Assembly (NCBI GenBank): GCA_043825735.1
Contig: JBDRRP010000017.1
Coordinates: 1-54,565 of the forward strand
Direction: 5' to 3'
From: Pseudomonadota bacterium
Lineage (GTDB): Bacteria > Desulfobacterota > Desulfobacteria > Desulfobacterales > JBDRRP01
Length of the DNA stretch: 54,565 bases
Every line of letters starts with the position of its first letter. Within the stretch, counting starts at the first letter, position 1. A program made the position numbers and the translations under genes. Of the stretch, positions 1-9,819 are shown piece after piece. A model generated the notes under the pieces. The model did not search any database. It saw only the letters and a list, made by a program, of their open reading frames with translations, and was not told where the DNA came from.

Positions 1-226
1 GCAGGCTCACCAGTTCGGGGATATTCTCGGTGACGATATAGCTGCGGCTGCCCTCCGCGATGCTGTTGGCGATCCCCAAGCCCCTGTGCTGAAGCTCGTT
101 GGTGAGACTGGAAATGAGCACCCACCGGGTAAACAGGGCGAGGAGCACACTGATCAGCAGAATCACCGCCGTAGTGGAAAAGAAGATCTTGTTCTTCAGG
201 CTCAGGTTTTTCAGTTGCTGAATCAA
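1..226 (-). CDS. N-terminus of a membrane-bound sensor histidine kinase (runs off window edge)
   Basis: Not in the ORF track. Manual translation from TTG at 226 gives LIQQLKNLSLKNKIFFSTTAVILLISVLLALFTRWVLISSLTNELQHRGLGIANSIAEGSRSYIVTENIPELVSL, a basic N-terminus, TM helix and start of a periplasmic sensor region. It lies downstream of the binding-protein gene. Kinase core not visible. Confidence 0.65.
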   Translation of the reverse strand, partial: MIQQLKNLSLKNKIFFSTTAVILLISVLLALFTRWVLISSLTNELQHRGLGIANSIAEGSRSYIVTENIPELVSL

Positions 227-256
227 TTTTTTATCCGCTTATCCAGAAAACGCAAT

Positions 257-394
257 TTTGGCAGTCCCGTGAAAACCTGAAATCACCACAGAGGACGCAG
301 AGCGCGCAGAGAGACGACCCAATCATTATTCAATGTATTCTCTGCGGCCCTCTGCGTTCTCTGTGGTTCAAAATCATTTTTTACAGTCTTCGTC
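257..394. repeat. Composite palindromic element with 3x9-bp periodic inner arms and degenerate outer inverted repeats
   Basis: Left arm ACCACAGAG-GACGCAGAG-CGCGCAGAG (285-311) pairs with CTCTGCGGCCCTCTGCGTTCTCTGTGGT (340-367). Outer ends GGCAGTCCCGTGAAAA and TTTTTACAGTCTTCGTC. Confidence 0.8.
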
Positions 395-407
395 GATAAC
401 GCCATCC

Positions 408-1640
408 TTAAGGCCGTATGGGCACGAAATGCCCCTCCTCCAACCGCGTCAGATAGACCTGGTGCAACCCCTGATGGTCCCGGGGGCTGAAAGACAGCGT
501 GTTGTCGACACCCAGATCGTAGTCGCGGATGGTTTCGATGGCATCGATGAAGGCCTCCCGGTTCAGGTTCGGGCCGCACCGTCGAAGCCCTTCGTGGAGC
601 ACCCGGGCGTTGAGATAGCCTTCGAGCCCCACGAAATTGGGGGTGTCACTGGGGAAATAGGTCTTCAGCAGACGCTCGTACTCCACCACCCCCCACAGGC
701 GTTTGCTGTTCTCCGGGTGTTCGGGCAACGGGACGACCTGGGTCACGAGCAACCCTTCGCCGTCGGCGCCGAGTTTTCGCTTGAGCTCGTCAGCGCCGAC
801 AAAGGACACGGCGTAAAACAGGGCCCGGGAGCCCTGAGCCCGGGCTTTTTTAATGAACTCCGCACACGGATCATAAGTGCCGATCATGACGACGGCCTCG
901 GCATCAGCCGCCATGATCCGGGCCAACCCTTCGGCGGTGTTGAGCGTTCCGCGGATGTAGGTCCCCTTGGCCACCGGCACCAGACCGTGGTTCTTGAGGG
1001 CCAGCTCGGTCCCCCGCAGGCCGTCGAAGCCGTAGGCATCGTACTGGTAGAACACAGCAATCCGCCGGAGCCCCTGTTTGTCAACAAGGTGGTTTACCGC
1101 CGCTGCCGTTTCCTGATAGTAAGAAGCCCGGACGTTGATGAGATATCTCGATAGCGGCTCCCTCAGGGCGCTGGCACCCGTGAACATCCCCACCAGCGGA
1201 ATCTTGGCTTCCTCAACCAGGGGAACGATTTTCAGGGTGGTGGGCGTGCCCACATAACTGAAGAGCGCAAAGACGCGATCTTCCACGATCAACCGCTGGG
1301 TGTTGGCCACACACCGGGGGGGATCATACTGGTCGTCATAGGTCACCAACCGGATCATGCGCCCGTGGACGCCGCCGGTGTCATTGACATGCCTCAGGTA
1401 GGCCAGGGCGCCGTGGAGTGTCTGGACGCCGAGATAGCTGGCATGGCCGCCCAGGGCCAGAGAGGTGCCGATGCGGATTTCGGTGTCGGTCACTCCGGGA
1501 ACCGCGTGTTCGGCCCGTCGCGGCGGCGCTGCGGGCTCACACCCCAAGCCGCCGCACAGGATCATGAGGACGGCGGCCGCGGCCCAGATCTGCCGGCCGA
1601 TATGCGCGGCTGCGCGGGCAGACGGATGCAGTATTGGCAT
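408..1640 (-). CDS. Type 1 periplasmic binding lipoprotein (LivJ/branched-chain-like), probable sensor partner of the adjacent kinase
   Basis: Lipobox-like LGC, and motifs PGVTDTEIRIG, GGVHGRMIRLVTYDDQYDP, YVGTPT, NVRASYYQE, GLEGY. No ABC permease or ATPase nearby. Confidence 0.9.
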   Translation of the reverse strand: MPILHPSARAAAHIGRQIWAAAAVLMILCGGLGCEPAAPPRRAEHAVPGVTDTEIRIGTSLALGGHASYLGVQTLHGALAYLRHVNDTGGVHGRMIRLVTYDDQYDPPRCVANTQRLIVEDRVFALFSYVGTPTTLKIVPLVEEAKIPLVGMFTGASALREPLSRYLINVRASYYQETAAAVNHLVDKQGLRRIAVFYQYDAYGFDGLRGTELALKNHGLVPVAKGTYIRGTLNTAEGLARIMAADAEAVVMIGTYDPCAEFIKKARAQGSRALFYAVSFVGADELKRKLGADGEGLLVTQVVPLPEHPENSKRLWGVVEYERLLKTYFPSDTPNFVGLEGYLNARVLHEGLRRCGPNLNREAFIDAIETIRDYDLGVDNTLSFSPRDHQGLHQVYLTRLEEGHFVPIRP

Positions 1641-1702
1641 GAAGACTACTCCATGGCACTCCGCAAGGGGAGTATCCGATAGATAGACGTGAGATTCACT
1701 TT

Positions 1703-3571
1703 ATGGGGCGACGCCCGAAAGATCAAGATGGTAGATACAGTTTCCCGGAGCGCTCGCACCGCTGGCGATGGATGATTTGCCTGCTGGTCGTGCTGGCCAT
1801 CTTGGCCGGCCCCGGCGGGCCCGGCCGGGCACAGGGCGGATCGCCGCCCGTCGTATCGGCCACGGTCCACTGGCAGCACGCACCGGGCGGTGGATTCCTG
1901 AATCTGTCGGTGTCGATCCCGCCCGGGATTCACATCAACGCTGACGCCGCCCAGCTCAAAGCCACCGATGGATTTACGCCCGTTGCTACGCGCATCGCCA
2001 TTGAGGCGCTGCCGCCGGAAGTGACCAGCGCCGAACCGGAATTTCCGCCGGCCCATGCCGTTACCGTATCCTTTAGCCAGCAACCCCTCATGGTCTTCGA
2101 AGGGCAGATTGCAGTCAGGATCCCACTGACGGGCGAAGGGCTGAAGGGAGAAACGATTCCCGCTACCCGCCTGGTGCTCACCTACCAGGCGTGTGACGAG
2201 CGCACCTGCTTTTTCCCGGACAGACTGACCCTCACGACGGGATCGATCGATGCCGCGACCCCGGCGCCCACAGCGCCCGGTGTTGGCGAAGGGCCATCGG
2301 CCCGCCCGATCGGGCCTGTCGTGTTTAGCCTCTTTGGCCGTGGCCTGTCACTGGATGCCACCGACTGGATCGGCCGGATACTGTTGATGGTAATGGCCGC
2401 TCTGGGGGGGGTGCTCCTTAACCTCACCCCTTGTGTGCTGCCCCTGATTCCCATCAAGATCATCAGCCTGTCTGCAGCAGCCGAGAAAAACCCGAGGCGG
2501 TGTCTGCTGCTGGGCATGGCCATGACTGCCGGCATCATCGCCTTCTGGGCCGTGCTGGGCATGCTGGTCATCACCATCAGCGCGCTCACCGCCGCCAACC
2601 AGCTCTTCCAGTACCCGTGGTTCACGGTGACGGTGGGGCTCGTCATCGCTGTCATGGCTGCCGGAATGCTGCGGCCGGCCGCCGTCACACTGCCCGGCTG
2701 GGTCTACCTGATCAACCCCTCCCAGGACCGGCTGCCCGGATCTTTTCTGCTGGGGATTCTTGCGGCCGTTTTGTCCACTCCGTGTACGGCCCCCTTCATG
2801 GGCGCGGCAGTGGCCTGGGCCGTAACCCAGCCGCCGGTGCGGGCGTTTGCCGTGTTCATCGCCGTCGGCATGGGCATGGCCCTGCCCTACGCCGTGCTGG
2901 CGGCCCGGCCCGGACTGGCGCGCCGCCTGCCCAAAACCGGACCGGCCAATCAGTTGTTAAAGGAAGTGATGGGCTGGCTGATGCTCGCCGCCGCGGCCTA
3001 CTTTGTGGGTACCGGTGTGAGCGGCCTGATGACCGTTGCCCCGGTGCCACCGGGCCGCCGCTACTGGTGGGTCGTGATGGGATTTTGCGCCCTTGCGGGC
3101 CTGTGGTTTGCACACAGGTACCGACCGATGGCCGCCACGCGCCTGAAACAACGCATGGGGGTCGCGCTGGGCCTTACGGCCGCGCTGGCGTCGGTGGGCA
3201 TGGGCTGGCTGCTGGCTGACATGGGAGAGATCCGGTGGGTCTACTACACCCCGGCAAGCTATGCCGAGGCCATGGCGCGCCAAAAACCGGTGGTTCTGGT
3301 GTTCACCGCCGAGTGGTGCCTCAACTGCAAGGCCATCGAACACCAGGTCTACCGGGATCCGGAAGTGGTGCGCCTGTTTGCCGTCGGCGAGGCCATCCCT
3401 GTGAAGATCGATCTCACCGCCCCCAATCCGGACGGCCGGGCCTTTCTCCAATCCACCGGCCGGCTCACCATCCCCCTGGTCATCGTACGCGCCCCTGACG
3501 GCCGCAACACGCTGGTGGCCGATTTTTACACGGCCGAAGAACTCATCGAAGCCATCCGTAAGGGAAAATGA
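1703..3571 (+). CDS. dsbD: Thiol:disulfide interchange protein DsbD-like (N domain, TM domain, thioredoxin domain)
   Basis: YQACDERTC in the N domain, LTPCVLP and STPCTAPFMG in the TM domain, FTAEWCLNC in the thioredoxin domain. True start may be the ATG at 1772. Confidence 0.9.
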   Translation: MGRRPKDQDGRYSFPERSHRWRWMICLLVVLAILAGPGGPGRAQGGSPPVVSATVHWQHAPGGGFLNLSVSIPPGIHINADAAQLKATDGFTPVATRIAIEALPPEVTSAEPEFPPAHAVTVSFSQQPLMVFEGQIAVRIPLTGEGLKGETIPATRLVLTYQACDERTCFFPDRLTLTTGSIDAATPAPTAPGVGEGPSARPIGPVVFSLFGRGLSLDATDWIGRILLMVMAALGGVLLNLTPCVLPLIPIKIISLSAAAEKNPRRCLLLGMAMTAGIIAFWAVLGMLVITISALTAANQLFQYPWFTVTVGLVIAVMAAGMLRPAAVTLPGWVYLINPSQDRLPGSFLLGILAAVLSTPCTAPFMGAAVAWAVTQPPVRAFAVFIAVGMGMALPYAVLAARPGLARRLPKTGPANQLLKEVMGWLMLAAAAYFVGTGVSGLMTVAPVPPGRRYWWVVMGFCALAGLWFAHRYRPMAATRLKQRMGVALGLTAALASVGMGWLLADMGEIRWVYYTPASYAEAMARQKPVVLVFTAEWCLNCKAIEHQVYRDPEVVRLFAVGEAIPVKIDLTAPNPDGRAFLQSTGRLTIPLVIVRAPDGRNTLVADFYTAEELIEAIRKGK

Positions 3572-3659
3572 TCTGCTCCCCCGTTAAAACGGTGTCTCTT
3601 TGGCACGCAACCGCGGTATCCGGGATTTCCCGGGCATCGCTTCCGCTTGTGGATTCATT

Positions 3660-4736
3660 ATGACCAACCTGCGTTCCTCGCCCCCCATGCTGGCCGAGCG
3701 CGCCTCCGGCCGGAACAATAACTTCAATCTGATCCGTTTCCTTGCCGCCGCCATGGTGATGCTCAGCCACTCCTACCCGCTGACGGGAAACTCGGGAGAG
3801 CCGTTGAGCCGGCTGGGACTTTCCTATGGCTTTGTCGCGGTCGATGCATTCTTCGTTATCAGCGGTTTTCTGGTAACCGGCAGCCTGTTCAACCGCGCCG
3901 ACACCTTGTCCTTCATCCGGTCTCGCTGCTTGCGCATTTTCCCCGCCCTCGTTGTCTGCAACCTGGTGTGCATCGGCGTGGTGGGGCTTTTGTTTACCCG
4001 CCTCCCGTTAGTGGATTACCTAAAGCAGGGTCAGTTGCTGCGCTACTTTGTCAACAATACGCTGTTGGTGCTCGGTCCGCTGCAATCCTGGCTTCCGGGC
4101 GTCTTCATGGACATCCCGTTTCGCTACACAGTGAACGGTTCACTGTGGACCCTGCCCCATGAACTGCGCCTTTACCTGCTGGCGACCATTTTCAGTGTGC
4201 TGGCATTCATGCGCGGCGGCTTGATCGGCCCGCATAGGGCCCGCGTCGGCATCATACTGATAGGCCTCGTCGCCATGGGCGGTTATCTATCCATTCACAC
4301 CATTGTCTGCATCGAAGTGTTTCAAGTCATGGAATGGGTGCCACTGCGGCTGCTGGCGCTTTTCTTTGGCGGAGGGGCCTTGTGGATCCTCCGGGGGCGA
4401 GTCCCTCTTTCGGGCCGACTGGCCCTGCTATGCGTGGCGGCGCTGTTGGTCGCAGGCGTCAATATCCGTTTATTTTTTATTGTGTACACCCTGACGATCC
4501 CCTACTTGGTGCTCTACGGTGCCTATGCGCCGACCGGCCGGTTATGGTGTTTTAACCGACTGGGCGACTACTCTTACGGAATGTACATTTATGCTTTCCC
4601 GGTGCAGCAGTCGATCGCATCACTTCTGCCGGGCATCGGCGTGGCGGAAATGTTTGGGCTGGCATGGCTCGTTACCTTGGTGCCGGCCATGCTCTCATGG
4701 CACCTCATCGAGCAACCGCTGCTGCGCCTGAAGTAA
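3660..4736 (+). CDS. Acyltransferase_3 (OafA-like) membrane O-acyltransferase
   Basis: NNFNLIRFLAAAMVMLSH, VDAFFVISGFL, RCLRIFP, NGSLWTL, GDYSYGMYIY, SWHLIEQP. ATG at 3660 chosen as start. Confidence 0.9.
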   Translation: MTNLRSSPPMLAERASGRNNNFNLIRFLAAAMVMLSHSYPLTGNSGEPLSRLGLSYGFVAVDAFFVISGFLVTGSLFNRADTLSFIRSRCLRIFPALVVCNLVCIGVVGLLFTRLPLVDYLKQGQLLRYFVNNTLLVLGPLQSWLPGVFMDIPFRYTVNGSLWTLPHELRLYLLATIFSVLAFMRGGLIGPHRARVGIILIGLVAMGGYLSIHTIVCIEVFQVMEWVPLRLLALFFGGGALWILRGRVPLSGRLALLCVAALLVAGVNIRLFFIVYTLTIPYLVLYGAYAPTGRLWCFNRLGDYSYGMYIYAFPVQQSIASLLPGIGVAEMFGLAWLVTLVPAMLSWHLIEQPLLRLK

Positions 4737-5017
4737 CACCAGTCGACAAAACCGATGGCCGCCATGCCTCGCTGATCCTACGCCTCGGCGATCCGGGGTA
4801 CGGCTCGGGCACAAGAATGGCGTCAATGTCGGCCGTAGCCGCAATCAAAGGGTTTTCAATGCTCTGGAATGGCTGGCCACACGATGTTGCCATGTTCCGG
4901 ACAACGGCGCATCCCGCCGATGGCGGGAGTGCGCCATGATGCGTATTACTGCTCGAAGTTGCAAGATAGAGCAATTGTCTTAAAAGCTTTCCATCTGCGC
5001 AACGCCTCCTGTTGGCA

Positions 5018-5383
5018 TTATCCGCGGGTGAGTTTCTCTTCCACGCCATCGTGGTCGAATATGATGGTGAAAGAAGAACCGTTGTCATTCCAGACCTGCC
5101 TTAATGACCACACCGCAGCATTGCCGTTGGCGGGTTTTGCGTCCACCTTTACGATGTTGGTCCCTTCATCGACGTTCGTCACCGTTACCGGTACGCTATT
5201 GGTGCCGATCACGATGGCCTTCTGCTCCCCGGACAAATCTATCTTAATGGGTTCGGCGTTCTTGTCGCTTTTCCAGGTTCCGGTCATTTCGGAAACAATA
5301 TTTTTTTTGTTGCTGCAGCCGGTAACCATAAAGCCCAAAGCAACGACGATCGCTATAATTATCACCAGATTCAGATTACGCAT
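5018..5383 (-). CDS. Small lipoprotein of unknown function
   Basis: Signal peptide with lipobox VTGC, and an AGGAGG RBS just upstream. Confidence 0.8.
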   Translation of the reverse strand: MRNLNLVIIIAIVVALGFMVTGCSNKKNIVSEMTGTWKSDKNAEPIKIDLSGEQKAIVIGTNSVPVTVTNVDEGTNIVKVDAKPANGNAAVWSLRQVWNDNGSSFTIIFDHDGVEEKLTRG

Positions 5384-5518
5384 AATGCCTCCTGTTGGGG
5401 GATGAAGTGGTTGGCCATGGTAATCCCGCCTGAGCGGCGTATCAACGAGACACGCCAGTGCCCTGATCCAGGCGGGAGGAATACATCCAAAGTCATAACG
5501 CCATCAGAGTGTTTGGAA

Positions 5519-5860
5519 CTAGGCTGGAAAAAGGATCGGGGGGGCTCGGCTTTTTAAGCCTTTACATTGTGAATCCAGAGGGATCAGGTCTCGGGAAGCA
5601 GTCCCTATCAACAGACCGGGTTCGGGGGGCGCAATCGTGTATGGACCGGGGGGAAGCCCCATTTCGGAAAACAGCTCCGAGGCTTCATTTCCGGAAATGA
5701 CCGAAACGTTCAGGGTGATATCCTGGAAATACGCCTGCTTTTGGGCCCACGCGGGCCCATCGCAATGGAACCCGCTCAGCAAAAAAATCGCGGCGGTTAA
5801 CAGTGAAAAAGCATGGCGTTGATAGTGACGCACGAAAGCTTCCTTTTTTACAGATGACAC
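5519..5860 (-). CDS. Hypothetical exported protein, possibly a truncated remnant
   Basis: Signal-peptide-like N-terminus ending AWA-Q. No recognisable domain. Confidence 0.35.
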   Translation of the reverse strand: MSSVKKEAFVRHYQRHAFSLLTAAIFLLSGFHCDGPAWAQKQAYFQDITLNVSVISGNEASELFSEMGLPPGPYTIAPPEPGLLIGTASRDLIPLDSQCKGLKSRAPPILFPA

Positions 5861-6359
5861 AATTAAATGAACCGGATTAAATATCTGAAGTCTATATATG
5901 CCTCAAAGAATGCCGCGGGTCAACCCGTATCTGGCGGCACGCCTCGGGGCTTTCTGGGCGTCACGAGGCTAACTATATGAAAAACATAGCTAAACCCAAT
6001 TATTTAGACGGTGTAATCGTCTGCGGTTATTACGGGCAAAATGGATTGCGCCCAGGGACTGCCCGGAAGGTTCCGCCTAAATTTCTCTGCAAAACATACC
6101 GCCAAACCTCCACGGATGGGAGCCAGGCGGTCGCTGACTGCCCCACAAAATCAAACCGCCTTGCAGGATGCTTGCCCGGCCAGCAATCTATCGGAAATCC
6201 TTAACGTCTCAGACTGAAAGGTTTCTCCCAGTCATCCGCACGTCGAGATTCTTTCTCCGCTGGCTGGGTCCACTTTCCCAGACAGTCCATTTTTTCAGAC
6301 TTCCATTCCACAGTTCCATATCTCCTGCCGTAACGATAGTTGGTGTCCCGCCATAAATA

Positions 6360-6472
6360 CCCCGCCCCTGGGGGGAGGGGCCAGGGGCGGGGGCAGGTCG
6401 GCATAAAATTATCTCTTGTTATCGGTGGGTTGTCACCCTCACCCCGGCCCTCTCCCATCAAGGGAGAGGGAG
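6360..6472. repeat. G/C-run palindromic REP-like doublet
   Basis: CCCCGCCCCTGG-GGGAGGGGG-CCAGGGGCGGGG and TCACCCTCACCCCGGCCCTCTCCCATCAAGGGAGAGGG. Each arm forms a hairpin and the arms are loosely complementary. Confidence 0.7.
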
Positions 6473-6617
6473 CAAGAGGCTCCCCATGGATGGGCAATAG
6501 TTAAGCCCTTCTATCTGTTTTTACTATCTACTCTTAGATATTCGTTTCAAAATCCATCGCATGTCTCTGAAAGCCCTATCTATCTGTAATTGCAGACCAT
6601 ACCGCGTTTTGGCGAAG

Positions 6618-6634
6618 TTGGCACGAAAGTTGGA
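6618..6634 (+). promoter_or_regulatory. Putative sigma54 (-24/-12) promoter
   Basis: TTGGCACG-AAAG-TTGGA versus consensus TGGCACG-N4-TTGC, with one mismatch at -12. Lies just upstream of the hypothetical-cheW-MCP unit. Confidence 0.6.
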
Positions 6635-6677
6635 GTGGCCTTGACCAGACTTGATAGAAGGAAAGGGCGACATCCAA

Positions 6678-7127
6678 ATGCCAATCTTAGTTTTTGCGCA
6701 TCAACGGATTCAGGATCTGGGCTCAAGGATTATGGACACCATTCGCCAAGTGTCCGTTGACATCAAGGTCGAGCTTATAACGACCACCGAGATTTTCCAT
6801 GCGCTGTCACAACCACTGGCTCAAAGCAGATACCCTATGGTCGTGCTGATCATAGACACGGACACCCTGCTCGATCACTTCATTGCCAATCGCAAGTTTC
6901 TGGACGGGCACCGCCTACTGCTTGTTTTGCCCGACTGCGATTTAAAAACCGTCTCAAAAGCCCACCAATTGTTTCCAAGGTTCATCACCTATCTGGATTC
7001 TGATTTCAAAGATATCTCGGAAATCGTCGAGAAATGGAAGTCATCTGTTTCAAATCATGAATCTGAAAAAATCAGGAGGGAGATCGAAAATGCAGAGCAA
7101 ACAGCATCAACAGCGCAATGTCGGTGA
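6678..7127 (+). CDS. Hypothetical protein (degenerate receiver-like alpha/beta) preceding cheW
   Basis: Open ORF (track 6651-7127, ATG at 6678) overlapping the cheW start. Contains LLLVLPD...AHQLFPRFITYLDSDF. Confidence 0.7.
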   Translation: MPILVFAHQRIQDLGSRIMDTIRQVSVDIKVELITTTEIFHALSQPLAQSRYPMVVLIIDTDTLLDHFIANRKFLDGHRLLLVLPDCDLKTVSKAHQLFPRFITYLDSDFKDISEIVEKWKSSVSNHESEKIRREIENAEQTASTAQCR

Positions 7128-7602
7128 AAATACCGGCGCTAACGACGGTAAGTATTTGACGTTCATCTTGGCCGCAGAGGAGTACGGCATCGGCATCCTC
7201 AAGATCAAGGAGATCATGGGAATGATGCCCATCACCTCGGTGCCCCAGACCCCGGATTACGTTACCGGCGTGATCAACCTGCGGGGCAAGGTGATTCCGG
7301 TGATCGACCTGCGACTGCGGTTTCACCTGGATTCCCGGGAACATAATGACCGGACCTGCATCGTCGTGGTGGAAATGGCCACCGAACAGATGAAGGTCGA
7401 AGTCGGCATCGTGGTGGACGCGGTCAGCGAGGTGCTCAACATCAAGGGCGCCGACATCGAGCCGCCGCCGTCCTTTGGCGCCAGTGTGAACACCGATTTT
7501 ATCAGCGGCATGGCCAAGATCAACGGCGGGGTGAAGATGCTGCTCGATATCGACCGGGTCCTGAGCAGCGACGAGGTGCATTCGCTTAAACAGGCCGCCT
7601 GA
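7090..7602 (+). CDS. cheW: Chemotaxis coupling protein CheW
   Basis: GKYLTFILAAEEYGI, GVINLRGKVIPVIDLR, VGIVVDAVSEV. RBS AGGAGG before ATG 7090. Confidence 0.97.
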   Translation: MQSKQHQQRNVGENTGANDGKYLTFILAAEEYGIGILKIKEIMGMMPITSVPQTPDYVTGVINLRGKVIPVIDLRLRFHLDSREHNDRTCIVVVEMATEQMKVEVGIVVDAVSEVLNIKGADIEPPPSFGASVNTDFISGMAKINGGVKMLLDIDRVLSSDEVHSLKQAA

Positions 7603-7695
7603 CAAGAGCCTCATGGCGGTGGCGGTATAATAACAGCCGGGACTTCTTTTACCGGCATTAACGTCGATGGATCGAAGAAATAGGAGACCAGGAAA

Positions 7696-9678
7696 ATGAA
7701 GGACATGAAGCTCGGGACAAAGATCGGAATGGGGTTTGGCCTGTTGATCCTCATCGCCATGGTGCTGGGCGGTATCGCGGTCTGGAACATGAAGGCGGTG
7801 GGCGGCGAATCCAATAAGCTGGCCACGGAATACGCGCCGGAAGTGTCCCTGGCCAATGATGTGGAGCGCAGCTCGCTGTTGACCATGTACGCCATGCGCG
7901 GTTATGCCACCACCGAAGAGGCCGCTTATCTGAAGGAGGGGGAAACCCGGTTGGCCGAGGTTAAAAAGTACTTGGATGACATTAAACAGCTGGCAGACCG
8001 CTCCCCCCATCTGGTCAAACTGAAGGCTGCCGTGCCAGAGGCCCAGAAAGGGGTCGCCGAATATGAGCGGCTCGTCCAGGAAACCGTTAAAATGAATGAA
8101 GCCCTGGCAAAACTACGTCTGGATATGTATGCCGCTGCCGATGACTACATGAAAAACTGCAATGAGTTTCTCGAATCCCAGAACAAGGCCATGGAAAAGG
8201 AAATCGCCGCAGGGGCCGCGCCAGAGAAGCTCTCCGAGCGAATGGTGAAAATCACCGTAGTCAACGACATCATCGACATCGGCAACGCTACGCGCGTTGG
8301 CAACTTTAAGTCCCAGGCCACCCGCGACCCGGAGCTTCTCAAAGCCACCATCGAAAAGCTCGGTGATGTGGAAAATATGTTTCAGAAGCTATCGGCCGTC
8401 ACCCGCCTGGAAGTCAATATTCAGCATATTGCCGCCACCCGAAAGGCTGCGGATAATTACAAAAAGGCCATGACGCAGTTTTTGACCGACTGGCTGGCCA
8501 GGGAGGAACTCAACAAAGAGCGCGGCATTGCGGCCGATGAAGTCCTCAAAAGTGCGAAGGACACTTCCGAAACCGGTATTGCCCATACTTTAGAGATCGC
8601 CAAGGCGGCCGACAGCAGCCTGTCCATGGCCTCCACCATAATGATCACCGGTCTTGTAACGGCGCTCATCGTTGGCGTTCTTTTGGCTATTTTCATCACC
8701 CGCGGCATCACCAAACCGCTGAACCGTGTCATCGCTGGCCTAACCGAAGGCAGCGAGCAGGTGGCCTCGGCCGCCGGCCAGGTATCATCGGCCAGCCAGT
8801 CGCTGGCCTCGGGCGCCTCCGAGCAGGCCGCCTCCCTTGAGGAAACATCCTCCTCGCTCGAGGAGATGTCTTCCACGACCAAGCAGAACGCGGCCAGTGC
8901 TAGCCAGGCCGATAATCTCATGAAGGAATCCAACCAGGTAGTGGCCAAGGCCAACACCTCCATGGGCCAGATGATCAACTCGATGCAGGAGATTTCCAGA
9001 GCCAGCGAGGAGACCAGCAAGATCATCAAGACCATCGACGAGATCGCCTTCCAGACCAACCTGTTGGCCCTGAACGCCGCAGTGGAGGCAGCCCGTGCGG
9101 GTGAAGCCGGCGCCGGTTTTGCCGTCGTGGCCGACGAGGTGAGAAATCTGGCGATGCGCGCGGCCGAAGCCGCCAAAAACACGGCGGCCCTTATCGAGGG
9201 TACGGTGAAAAAGGTGAACGACGGATCGGCACTGGTCAGTTCCACCAACGAAGCCTTCAACGAAGTGGCCAAGAGTTCGTCCAAGGTCGGCGACATCGTG
9301 AGTGAAATCGCCGCAGCCTCCACCGAGCAGGCCCAGGGCATCCAGGAGATCAACCGCGCGGTCACCGAAATGGACAAGATCACCCAGCAAAACGCGGCCA
9401 ACGCAGAGGAGTCTGCTTCGGCCTCAGAGGAAATGAATGCCCAGGCCGAACAGATGAAGGCTTTTGTCGAAGAGTTGGTGCAAATGGTCGGCGGCAGTGA
9501 CGGTGGCGGCGTGTCTCGCACCAAGGCGCCAAGGCATGTGATCCATCATGGACCTCGCCCCAGTGCCGGCCCGAAAGGTAAAGCGTCAGGTACTAAAGCC
9601 CTGACCCAGAGGACGGCCCAGGAATTGAGCCCAGGCCAGATCATCCCTCTCGATGATGATGACTTCGGCGATTTTTAA
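7696..9678 (+). CDS. Methyl-accepting chemotaxis protein
   Basis: Two TM helices flanking a helical periplasmic domain, [37 protein letters not shown], and C-terminal DDDDFGDF. Confidence 0.97.
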   Translation: MKDMKLGTKIGMGFGLLILIAMVLGGIAVWNMKAVGGESNKLATEYAPEVSLANDVERSSLLTMYAMRGYATTEEAAYLKEGETRLAEVKKYLDDIKQLADRSPHLVKLKAAVPEAQKGVAEYERLVQETVKMNEALAKLRLDMYAAADDYMKNCNEFLESQNKAMEKEIAAGAAPEKLSERMVKITVVNDIIDIGNATRVGNFKSQATRDPELLKATIEKLGDVENMFQKLSAVTRLEVNIQHIAATRKAADNYKKAMTQFLTDWLAREELNKERGIAADEVLKSAKDTSETGIAHTLEIAKAADSSLSMASTIMITGLVTALIVGVLLAIFITRGITKPLNRVIAGLTEGSEQVASAAGQVSSASQSLASGASEQAASLEETSSSLEEMSSTTKQNAASASQADNLMKESNQVVAKANTSMGQMINSMQEISRASEETSKIIKTIDEIAFQTNLLALNAAVEAARAGEAGAGFAVVADEVRNLAMRAAEAAKNTAALIEGTVKKVNDGSALVSSTNEAFNEVAKSSSKVGDIVSEIAAASTEQAQGIQEINRAVTEMDKITQQNAANAEESASASEEMNAQAEQMKAFVEELVQMVGGSDGGGVSRTKAPRHVIHHGPRPSAGPKGKASGTKALTQRTAQELSPGQIIPLDDDDFGDF

Positions 9679-9691
9679 CATTCCCTCCCAA

Positions 9692-9732
9692 TGGTAGATG
9701 GGGCGACATCGTCCCTCGCGCCCCATCTACCA
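9692..9732 (+). terminator. 14-bp perfect hairpin after the MCP gene (terminator or REP-like)
   Basis: TGGTAGATGGGGCG-N13-CGCCCCATCTACCA. The U-tract is weak. Confidence 0.6.
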
Positions 9733-9819
9733 CCTCTTTCAAATACATGATCAAAGAATTGGAAGGCGCCAGATAGAAGTGAGCTTGAACAAATGGCCAG
9801 CGCAATACTTTAAGAGGGA

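Noticed and set aside
4869..5405. 178-aa plus-strand ORF
   Set aside because: Antisense to the lipoprotein gene, which has the RBS and lipobox.
5880..6650. c-di-GMP riboswitch upstream of the chemotaxis genes
   Set aside because: I could not find the GEMM consensus by eye; an Rfam/Infernal scan would be decisive.
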